A stretch of 47,427 nt of DNA from Myxococcota bacterium. GTDB taxonomy: Bacteria; Myxococcota_A; UBA796; CAJQPC01. The notes under the pieces are model-generated. The model was given only the letters and a program-made list of their open reading frames with translations. It was not told the DNA's origin and did no database searches. The stretch is taken from NCBI GenBank assembly GCA_036229005.1, contig JAZAMN010000063.1, forward strand, positions 1 to 47,427, in the 5' to 3' direction. A program made the position numbers and the translations under genes. Of this stretch, positions 26,869 to 36,687 are shown one piece after another; the first letter of the stretch is position 1, and each line of letters begins with the position of its first letter.

Positions 26869-28415
26869 CAGAACCTCACGCTGGTGCCCACGCTCACGGA
26901 CCAGGGGGTGGCCTCGCCGTCCCAGCCGAGCTGGCTGCCGGCGATGCGCGAGACGGGGATCTCGTAGAACGCGCCGGGCATGAACAGCGCCCCGTTGCCG
27001 CGGAGCTGGACGTTGTCGGTGAACTGGTAGAAGAGGTCCACGTCGGCCTCGTGACCGAGCAGCTCACCCATGCGGGCCTGCGCGGCGAACTCCTCCCGGG
27101 AGTAGCCGAAGGGGGTCTCGACGGAGTCGAGGCTCTCCAGGTCGGTGTAGGTCACGCCCATGTCCTGGAAGGTCCACCAGCGGCCCTGCACGGTGAGCTT
27201 GCCGAAGTCGTAGCCCAGGCGGGCGTGCAGCACGCGGGTGCCGGACTTGCGTGCGATCTCGTGGGGCGAGTCGCTGACGCCGAACATGCCGACGTAGGCG
27301 CTGGGGTGCCAGCCCATCAGGCGGTCGGCGAACACGCCACCGGTCTGGCGGGCCTTGAGGCCGACGTAGCCGTGGCTGTACTGCAGGCCGGAGTCGCCAG
27401 AGGCGTTGCCGTAGGAGGCGCCGTCAGCCTGGAAGTAGGAGAGCTCGCCGCGGACGCCGGTCTCCTCGCCCTTGGCCATGGAGACACCCAGGGTGTAGGC
27501 CATGCCGTTGGTGTCGATGTCGCGGGCCACCAGCTCCTTGCGGTCGATGCCGCGGGAGGCGTCCACCGAGAAGTAGGGGGTGAAGGTGTCGGCCACGGTG
27601 ATGTTGCCGCGGACGCCGACGTTGGCGACCCAGTCGTTGTCCGAGAAGTTGCCCAGCAGGCCGCCCTCGGAGATGTCCGAGCCGGTGCCCAGGGCGCCCA
27701 CGTCGGTGTAGAAGCCGTAGGCGCGCAGCTCCACGTTGTCCTTGGGCTCCAGGGCCAGCACACCGCCGGTGCGCTTGGTCATGTGGTCACCGCGGAAGCC
27801 GTAGGTCTGGGTGGTGGACTGGCCGGCGTAGGACACGAAGTTGGCGTTGTCGTTGGAGCTGGACATGCCGACCACGTTGATGGGCAGCAGCTCCAGGTGG
27901 CCGATCTCGCCCAGGGGGATGTCCACGCGCACCATGTCGATGACGTCCGCGTAGATGTAGTCGCGGGCGCCGCCAAGGCCGCCGATCTCGTAGTACTGGC
28001 GGCCGACGCGGGCGGTGAAGGCCTCGCTGGTGGGGGTGAACTCCCCGTACATGGCCGTGAAGTAGACGAAGCCGCCGAACTGGTTGACGACGCCGATCTG
28101 GTCGTTGCCCCAGAGGCCTCGGTGGGAGGCGCCCAGCACGAAGCGGGTGACGCCGGCGTCCTGGTCCAGGGTGTGGGCCAGGTTCAGGTAGGCGCCGGAG
28201 AAGGCGAAGGAGTTGCGGTCGTCCGAGTCGAAGATGGCCTGGTCGCTGCTCTCATCCAGGGAGCGCAGGTCCAGGTTGTCGTACTCGAACCACTGGGCCT
28301 CGAAGCCGCCGGAGACTTCGGTGGTGCCGGACCCCTCGATCTGGGTGTCGCGGTACTCGAGGTCCCGGTCGTCCTGAGCAAAGGCGACGGCGGAGATGGC
28401 AATCAGCAGGTTCAC
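26868..28415 (-). CDS. Outer-membrane beta-barrel protein (porin/alginate-export-like)
   Basis: Signal ending AFA-Q, RVGRQ, LLGHEAD and FMPG motifs, alternating strands and a terminal Phe. Confidence 0.8.
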   Translation of the reverse strand: MNLLIAISAVAFAQDDRDLEYRDTQIEGSGTTEVSGGFEAQWFEYDNLDLRSLDESSDQAIFDSDDRNSFAFSGAYLNLAHTLDQDAGVTRFVLGASHRGLWGNDQIGVVNQFGGFVYFTAMYGEFTPTSEAFTARVGRQYYEIGGLGGARDYIYADVIDMVRVDIPLGEIGHLELLPINVVGMSSSNDNANFVSYAGQSTTQTYGFRGDHMTKRTGGVLALEPKDNVELRAYGFYTDVGALGTGSDISEGGLLGNFSDNDWVANVGVRGNITVADTFTPYFSVDASRGIDRKELVARDIDTNGMAYTLGVSMAKGEETGVRGELSYFQADGASYGNASGDSGLQYSHGYVGLKARQTGGVFADRLMGWHPSAYVGMFGVSDSPHEIARKSGTRVLHARLGYDFGKLTVQGRWWTFQDMGVTYTDLESLDSVETPFGYSREEFAAQARMGELLGHEADVDLFYQFTDNVQLRGNGALFMPGAFYEIPVSRIAGSQLGWDGEATPWSVSVGTSVRF

Positions 28416-28424
28416 GGTGCTTCC

Positions 28425-29258
28425 TCAGCCGTCCAGCACTTCGAGCTGGCCGACGTTCATGATGACGATCTGGTATTCGCTGTAGCTCAAGAGCACGGGG
28501 CCGGTGACCTGGACGGTCTGACCGACCTCGGGGGCCCACTTGCGGCGGTTGATCTCCGAATCCAGGGAGACCAGGTGCTTGCTGCCGGAGGCGTCCTCGA
28601 GCTGGAACTGGCCGAAGGTGTCGGCCTCGCGGGTGACCACCCCGGTGACGCGCTTGACCAGGGCCATGTCGCTGGCTCCCAGGCTGCGTCCCTCGACCAC
28701 CTCGTAGTAGATGGCGCTGTAGTCCCGCTCCACGGACACGATGTCGTGGGCGTAGATCATGGGCAGGTCGTAGTTGGTCTTGGTGGCCCGGACGGTCATC
28801 ACCACCCGGTCACCCACGTCGAAGTGGGCCACCTTGGAGTCACCCAGCACGAACAGCCCGCCGGTGTCGTCCTGGATGAAGTAGCTGCCGTAGTACTTCT
28901 CGTCGGAGGACCGGTCGCAGCCCTGGGTCTTGAAGTAGAAGCGCGGGTGCAGCGTGACCACGCCCTGCACCGTCATGGGCAGGGAGCTGTCCGTGCTGGT
29001 GTCGCAGTCGGCGTCGTCGCTGAGGGCGTCCTCGGGGGCGTACACGATCTCGCCGGCCGTGGCCGTCTCGATCACGTCGTCCTGCAGGTCCGAGATGGAC
29101 ACCACACCGTCGACCGCCGGCAAGGAGTAGTTCTGGTCGGTGAACGCGATGGGCTCACTGACGTCGAACATCTCGCCGGAGTCGTACCAGGCGCTCCAGT
29201 CTTCGGCCTGCTCGCGGACATCGCAAGCGAGCAGACCCAGGGCAAGCAACATGGGCAT
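28425..29258 (-). CDS. Lipoprotein with tandem OB-folds (DUF5689/YhcR-OB-like)
   Basis: VQGVVT...YFIQDDTGGL.V...VGDRV and VTGVVT...LED.SG...VGQTVQVTG...YQI motifs. Confidence 0.75.
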   Translation of the reverse strand: MPMLLALGLLACDVREQAEDWSAWYDSGEMFDVSEPIAFTDQNYSLPAVDGVVSISDLQDDVIETATAGEIVYAPEDALSDDADCDTSTDSSLPMTVQGVVTLHPRFYFKTQGCDRSSDEKYYGSYFIQDDTGGLFVLGDSKVAHFDVGDRVVMTVRATKTNYDLPMIYAHDIVSVERDYSAIYYEVVEGRSLGASDMALVKRVTGVVTREADTFGQFQLEDASGSKHLVSLDSEINRRKWAPEVGQTVQVTGPVLLSYSEYQIVIMNVGQLEVLDG

Positions 29259-30088
29259 CAGTCGATCCAGTCGAACCAGTCGAGGTCGCTCACGTCCATC
29301 TGGTCGGCGCCGGAGTAGGTGCCCAGGGGGACGACCACCTGCGCGCAGTCACCCTGGACCACGCCCTTGGAGCTGAGGATGCGCAGGGTGGTGGTGTTCG
29401 CGCCGTACTGGAAGTCGAAGCAGGTGTAGGAGGTGCTGCCGCCGCACTCCACGCCCTCGTCCATGATCTCGCCCCAGGCGTACACGAACTGCTCGGCGTG
29501 GGTCTCGTAGGACAGCGTGGTGTTGTTGCCGTCGGTCAGCCACACCTTGTCGGAGCCGGTCACGGTGACCTCGCCCATGGCGGTGATCTCCAAGGTGCCG
29601 TAGTAGTTCTTGATCTCGGTGGCGGTGAAGCTCACCACCTCGCCGCCGCTCAGAGCCACGCCGGGGTCGACGTAGTAGGTCCGGACGGTGCCGTTGACGT
29701 CGTTGAACCAGATGTTCGAGGGGTTGGAGCCCTCGGGGTAGTAGCCCACGGCCCCGACGACAGCGCCGGTCACGACCCACTCACCGGTCAGGGTCTCGCC
29801 CTCGGCGGGCTTGTCGGCGATGATGGCGCCCAGGCCAGCGTCGGTGGTGTAGGGGTTGGCCCCGACCACAGCGCCGTCTGCGCCAAAGAGCTCCTCGTAC
29901 ACGGGGGTCGCGCCGCTGATGTCGCAGTCGGCGTCACCATCGGCGTCGGTGTCGGTGTCGGTGTCGGAGTCCGCGTCGGAGTCCGCGTCACCCTCGACGA
30001 CGGGGCCGGTGTCCTCGGGGGGGCCCTTGGTGCAAGCGGCCAGGGCGATGGGAAGGCTGAGTGCAAGCGCGAGGCGAAGCATCTTCAT
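29258..30088 (-). CDS. Lipoprotein with Asp-rich linker and OB-fold-like domains
   Basis: AGGAG RBS, start MKMLRL, LAAC lipobox, DADSDADSDTDTD linker and IWFND.NG...GEVVS...YYGTLEI. Confidence 0.75.
   Translation of the reverse strand: MKMLRLALALSLPIALAACTKGPPEDTGPVVEGDADSDADSDTDTDTDADGDADCDISGATPVYEELFGADGAVVGANPYTTDAGLGAIIADKPAEGETLTGEWVVTGAVVGAVGYYPEGSNPSNIWFNDVNGTVRTYYVDPGVALSGGEVVSFTATEIKNYYGTLEITAMGEVTVTGSDKVWLTDGNNTTLSYETHAEQFVYAWGEIMDEGVECGGSTSYTCFDFQYGANTTTLRILSSKGVVQGDCAQVVVPLGTYSGADQMDVSDLDWFDWID
29927..29989 (-). repeat. Coding 6-bp tandem repeat encoding (D-A/S/T/G)n
   Basis: Runs of gtcggt/gtcgga/gtccgc encoding DADSDADSDTDTDTDADGDAD. Confidence 0.85.
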
Positions 30089-30228
30089 CTGGGACTCCTG
30101 TTCGAGTTTGCGCCCTGATACCCCATTGGGGCTCTCCGTGTGTTTCGGGAAAGCAACAGAAGGCCGGGCCACAGCAAACTGACAGGCCCCGCAGAGCCTT
30201 GCGCTACCCTTGTGCGCCCGGAGGAACG

Positions 30229-32019
30229 ATGCCCCCCCTGATGCTGCTCATCGCGCCGCTCGCCTACGCCGACGGCCTGCCTGCAGCCTCCCAGGACGGC
30301 GCCCCACTGGACGCTGGGATCCCCCTGCACCAGGCGCCGAGCGGCCAGTGGTACCAGGAGGACGTTCCGGTCTGGCGCACCGGCTCCCTGATCGTCTCGC
30401 TGGAGGAGGGAGAGGACCCGGAGTGGCTGTCCGCCCTGCCGGGCGTCGCCTCGGTGGACCACCTCCCGGGCCTGCACGCCACCTTCAAGCTGCTCATGGA
30501 TCCCGGCGCCGACGAGGTCATGCTGGCCGTGTCCCTGCAGGGCGCCCCCGGCCTGCGCTACGCCCACCCCAACCTGGCGGTGGAGCTCCACCCCACGGCG
30601 CTCCCCGACGATCCCCTGCTGGCCGACCAGTGGCACATCGAGAACAGCGGCCAGCGCAGCGAGACGGCCTGGCCAGGCGCCGACGCCAACGTGGTCCCGG
30701 CCTGGGAGACCACCTGGGGAGAGGGGCAGCTCATCGCGATCCTGGACTCCGGGGTGGACACCGCGCACCCGGACCTGGACACCGTCCCCGGGTTCACCCC
30801 CAGCGCCGGCGAGGACGAGAACCCGGACCTGGACTATTCCGGCCACGCCCACGGGACGGCCTGCGCGGGGCTGGCGGCGGGCACCGGGGACAACGGCATC
30901 GGCGTGGCGGGGGTGGCGCCCGCGGCCCAGGTGATGGGCGTGCGCCTGCTGGGCGAGATCCAGGAATACGCGGACATCTACGAGTCCATCGTCTACGCGG
31001 TGGACGGCGGCGCGACCGTGCTCTCCAACTCCTGGGGCATGGGGGAGGGCTGCCCGGCGTACACCCTGCCCGGGGTGGTCAAGGACGGCCTCTACTACGC
31101 CGAGGAGGTCGGCCGCGACGGGCTGGGCAGCGCCTGGGTCATGGCCATGGGCAACGACGGCTGCGACGCCAGCAGCGAGGGCTTCTTCCGGGTCAGCTCC
31201 ACCATCGCGGTGGGGGCCAGCACCGACCAGGACGCGCTGGCCGACTACTCCAACTACGGCGCCCGCATGGACCTTGTGGCCCCCAGCGGGCAGAGCGGGC
31301 GCCCCATGCTGCTGACCACCGACATCTCCGGCAGCGAGGGCTACGGCGCCTACCTGGGGGACGCCGACTACACCGGCCAGATGTCGGGCACCTCGGGCGC
31401 GACCCCCATCGTGTCCGGGGCGATCGCCCTGATGTTCGCGGCCAACCCCCGCCTGGACATCTGGAGCCTGCGCGAGGTCCTCTGCGAGACCGCGGTGCGC
31501 GTGCGCCCCGAAGAGGCCCAATACGACGACGAGGGCCGCAGCCTGCACTACGGGTGCGGGCGCATCGACGTGGCCGCCGCGGTGGCCGCCGTCGCCAACA
31601 CCGCCCCGGCGGCGCCTGTGCTCTTGACGCCCAGCGGCGAGATCTACCTGGACCAGGCCACCCTGCGCTGGGAGCCGGCCGTGGACCCCGACGCCGAGGC
31701 GCTCAGCTACGAGGTCGAGTTCACGCCGGCGAGCAACCCCGAGGGGAGCTGGTCGGTGGAGACCTCGGAGACCGCGCTGGATCTGCGACCCGATGTCCTC
31801 GCTGGTGAGGGGGTGTCCTTGCGGGTGCGCGCGGTGGACGCGTGGGGTCCAGGGGTGTGGAGCGATGCGGTGGCGCTCACGATCCTCTCCGACCCGACCC
31901 CTCCGGAGACGCCGACGGCGTCGGGCTGTCAGAGCGCGCCGGGGACCGCCCCCGGGGCCTGGTTGTTTGCGCTGGTTGTTGGAATGATCGGCCTCAAACG
32001 CCGGGAGTTGCGCGCATGA
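30229..32019 (+). CDS. S8 subtilisin-like serine protease with Fn3-like domain and MYXO-CTERM-like tail
   Basis: ILDSG, HGTACAG and GTSGATP triad, C-terminal SGCQS...WLFALVVGMIGLKRR, and a GGAGG RBS before the ATG at 30229. Confidence 0.93.
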   Translation: MPPLMLLIAPLAYADGLPAASQDGAPLDAGIPLHQAPSGQWYQEDVPVWRTGSLIVSLEEGEDPEWLSALPGVASVDHLPGLHATFKLLMDPGADEVMLAVSLQGAPGLRYAHPNLAVELHPTALPDDPLLADQWHIENSGQRSETAWPGADANVVPAWETTWGEGQLIAILDSGVDTAHPDLDTVPGFTPSAGEDENPDLDYSGHAHGTACAGLAAGTGDNGIGVAGVAPAAQVMGVRLLGEIQEYADIYESIVYAVDGGATVLSNSWGMGEGCPAYTLPGVVKDGLYYAEEVGRDGLGSAWVMAMGNDGCDASSEGFFRVSSTIAVGASTDQDALADYSNYGARMDLVAPSGQSGRPMLLTTDISGSEGYGAYLGDADYTGQMSGTSGATPIVSGAIALMFAANPRLDIWSLREVLCETAVRVRPEEAQYDDEGRSLHYGCGRIDVAAAVAAVANTAPAAPVLLTPSGEIYLDQATLRWEPAVDPDAEALSYEVEFTPASNPEGSWSVETSETALDLRPDVLAGEGVSLRVRAVDAWGPGVWSDAVALTILSDPTPPETPTASGCQSAPGTAPGAWLFALVVGMIGLKRRELRA

Positions 32020-32744
32020 GCCTGCTCCTGTTGCTGGGCTGTGGCGGCGCACCGCTGGTCTTCTCGGACTACGAGGTGGCGGCGACCTCGTTCTGTGGGG
32101 CGCCGGCCTCGCCCTCGCACTCGCGGCTGCGCTGGGTGGGGGAGCGGCAGACCACCCTGTCGCTGCAGATCGACCAGGGACGCCGCGCGCTGGCCGGGGG
32201 CTCGCTCTTTGCGAACCTGTACACCGAGGGCGAGCTGCCCGTGGATCAGTACGAGGTGCAGCTCGACAGCGAGGGCCGCCTGGAGCTGGACACCGCGGCG
32301 CTCCCGGAGACGGACGCGGTCTGGGCCTTCGTGTTCACCCGGGCCTGGGACAGCGACGAGGCCCTGGGCGAGCTGTGGCTGGAGCCTCTGGAGGACGCGG
32401 GCCCCACCATCCTCTGCGCCGGGCACATCAACGACCAGGGGCAGCTCGGCGAGCCCACGGCGCTGGCGGACGGCGCCACCTTCGAGCTCTGGGCCTTCAC
32501 CCACGACGCGGCCGGGCTGGACCTGACGCTGGCCATCGAGGGGCAGGCGGAGGGCTCGCCGATCTCCGTGGAGCTGGGCTCGGCCACCGGAGAGGTCAGC
32601 GCCTCGGAGGAGGTGGGCGGCTGGGTGAGCCTGAGTGTGCCCAGCGGCGCGGATCTGGAGCAGGTGGCGGTCTCGGGCAAGGCCAGCCTCTGGGACGGCG
32701 GCAGCCTGGTCTCCGAGCTGGGCTTTGTGCCCAACGTCGAGTAG
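32016..32744 (+). CDS. Hypothetical lipoprotein
   Basis: ATGA overlap with the protease stop; MSLLLLLGC lipobox. Confidence 0.75.
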   Translation: MSLLLLLGCGGAPLVFSDYEVAATSFCGAPASPSHSRLRWVGERQTTLSLQIDQGRRALAGGSLFANLYTEGELPVDQYEVQLDSEGRLELDTAALPETDAVWAFVFTRAWDSDEALGELWLEPLEDAGPTILCAGHINDQGQLGEPTALADGATFELWAFTHDAAGLDLTLAIEGQAEGSPISVELGSATGEVSASEEVGGWVSLSVPSGADLEQVAVSGKASLWDGGSLVSELGFVPNVE

Positions 32745-32819
32745 CGCGGGCGGATCGGCGGTACGCTCTGGGGGCGCTGAGGTGTCCAAAGCGCACAGCG
32801 CACTGTCCGGAGGCCGTCC

Positions 32820-33740
32820 ATGCTGCTCGCTCTGTCCACGCTCGCTCTCGCGGAGCCCTGCCAGATCTCCCTCAGCGTCCACATCACCCCCTACGGCACC
32901 CCCATCGAGGGGGCCGACGAGCTGCTCTACGGGGGCACCCGCCCGGCGCTCCGGGACACACCGCTGGCCTGCAGCAAGGAGTCCTGTCACCAGGCGCTGG
33001 ACTACGACTGGAAGGCGCTGCAGGGCGAGCTCTCCCGGGTCAAGCAGGCCTGCCCGGCGCACGAGCGCGTGACCCTGGTCGCCCAGGAGGACACCCGCTA
33101 CGACACCCTGAGCAGCGCGGCCCGGGTCGCCAGCGAGGTGTTCTCCGAGGTGATGATCGGCGGCACGGTCGCGGTCTCGGAGAAGAAGCCAGGGGCTCAG
33201 CAGCTCACGCTCACGGCCCACCAACGGCACCGGATCGATGGGGTCGAGACCTCGGAGTGGGACTTTGGCGCCGGCGAGGTCATCGAGCTGCAGGTCGAGG
33301 CCCCCGCGGAGCTGCCCTTCTCGGAGCTGCGGCCGGCGCTGCGCACGGCCTCGGAGGCGGGGTACCGGCGCTTTGTGCTGGCCCGGGAGAACGGGCAGGT
33401 GGTCGCGAAGGTGGCCGCCAACGCCGGCGGCTCGCTGGCCAAGGTGGTCAAGGGCAAGCTCTCCGCCGCCCAGGTCCAGGCCGGCGTGGTGGGGATCCAG
33501 GGGCAGCTCGGGGAGTGCTACAACGCCGCGCTCGCCCGTGACCCCAGCGCCGGCGGCGCGGGCAGCGTGGAGTTCCGCATCCAGGCCGACGGCAGCGTGT
33601 CCAGCACGTCCATGGCCAGCGGCGGCTTCCAGGACGCGGAGCTGCAGCAGTGCGTGCTGGACGCCTTCATGCAGGCGAAGTTCGATGAGCCCGGTGGGGT
33701 GCTCACGGGCACCTTCCCGCTGACCCTGGCGGTGGAGTAG
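32820..33740 (+). CDS. Exported protein with two ExbD/TolR-like periplasmic domains and an AgmX/PglI-type TonB-C domain
   Basis: YDWKAL..EL..VK...P....VTLV...DTRYDTL and VEA...LPF..L...L.....AG...F motifs, then CYNAAL..DP...G...F.I..DGSV....L.QCV. Confidence 0.75.
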   Translation: MLLALSTLALAEPCQISLSVHITPYGTPIEGADELLYGGTRPALRDTPLACSKESCHQALDYDWKALQGELSRVKQACPAHERVTLVAQEDTRYDTLSSAARVASEVFSEVMIGGTVAVSEKKPGAQQLTLTAHQRHRIDGVETSEWDFGAGEVIELQVEAPAELPFSELRPALRTASEAGYRRFVLARENGQVVAKVAANAGGSLAKVVKGKLSAAQVQAGVVGIQGQLGECYNAALARDPSAGGAGSVEFRIQADGSVSSTSMASGGFQDAELQQCVLDAFMQAKFDEPGGVLTGTFPLTLAVE

Positions 33741-33746
33741 GGACGC

Positions 33747-34139
33747 TCAGGGGGCGGTGGTGAAGCGCACTGCTGGCCCGCCGTCCACGCGGATCTCGTA
33801 GGCGGTGGCGCGCTCCAGGGGGCCCTTGAACTCCAGCCGGGGGGCGGGGCCGCAGAGCTCGTCGGTGGCCTCCCAGGCGCCGACCGGGGTGCCGTCGCCC
33901 GCGCGGACCAGGGTGACCTGCTCGACCTTGATGGGCCAGACGTGGCCGTTGGTGGTGCCGTCCGGGCCGCAGGAGCGGCAGGAGGTCACGCCGCTGTTGT
34001 AGCCGGAGAAGCTGAGGACCTGGGCGGGGTCGATGGCGTCGGCCTGGACGTCCTGGGCGCAGGCGGCCCCGTGGAGGCGGTAGAGGGGCGGGTTCATCAC
34101 GCCAGAGGCGTGCAGCAGGGCCATCACCAGCAGGGACAT
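33747..34139 (-). CDS. Hypothetical small exported protein with Ig-like C-terminus
   Basis: AAGGAG RBS, hydrophobic N-terminus and L...T.YEI.V....FTT motif. Confidence 0.65.
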   Translation of the reverse strand: MSLLVMALLHASGVMNPPLYRLHGAACAQDVQADAIDPAQVLSFSGYNSGVTSCRSCGPDGTTNGHVWPIKVEQVTLVRAGDGTPVGAWEATDELCGPAPRLEFKGPLERATAYEIRVDGGPAVRFTTAP

Positions 34140-34189
34140 GCGGGCTCCTTTGGGGGAGGAACGGGCTGGCGCTGCCGGGCCTTACAGGC

Positions 34190-36118
<1,929 letters not shown>

Positions 36119-36216
36119 AGGGACCTCCCGCGGCCCCGGGTGGTCTGGTCAGGGGCCTGTCGCGTCTACTCTACACCAAGGAAGGGGGCTTTTGCCGGTG
36201 AATCTCCGCGCCGACG

Positions 36217-36687
36217 CTAGCGCCGCATCAGGTAGCGCACCTGCTTGCCCTTGGCGTGGCCCTCGCCGACGGGCTCGAAGCCCAGCTTGGAGTGGAAGTC
36301 CAGGCTCTCCTGGTTCAGGGGTACTGTGTTGACCTCGCAGGCGACGGGGAGTCCCTGCTCGGACAAGGCCGCGTAGAGGGCGCGGCCGACCCCCCGCTTT
36401 CGGGCCCAGGGGTGGATCGCGATCCGGTCCAGGTACAGGATCTCTCCCCACCGCTCTCCGATCTGGTCCACGAACCAACGGTAGTTGGGGGACGCATACG
36501 AGGACTGGCTGTCCAGGACCAGCGCGAAGCCGGCCAGGCGCCCGTCCAGCTCGGCGGCCAGCGGGTGGGCGCACTGGGCGAGAAGGGTCTCCAGCTCCGG
36601 GGCGCTCAGGGGCCCCAGGGCGGGGAGGTTGGCCTGGTTGAGGGCCAGGATCTCGGGCAGGTCGGCGGGCTGGATCCGGCGGATCAC
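36217..36687 (-). CDS. GNAT-family acetyltransferase
   Basis: YLDRIAI...RKRGVGRALY and N..SL.FH..LGF motifs; GTGA overlap with the upstream gene. Confidence 0.9.
   Translation of the reverse strand: MIRRIQPADLPEILALNQANLPALGPLSAPELETLLAQCAHPLAAELDGRLAGFALVLDSQSSYASPNYRWFVDQIGERWGEILYLDRIAIHPWARKRGVGRALYAALSEQGLPVACEVNTVPLNQESLDFHSKLGFEPVGEGHAKGKQVRYLMRR

Noticed and set aside
23302..29318. Long plus-strand ORFs (634, 440 and 823 aa)
   Set aside because: They are antisense shadows caused by high-GC codon bias on the minus-strand operon.
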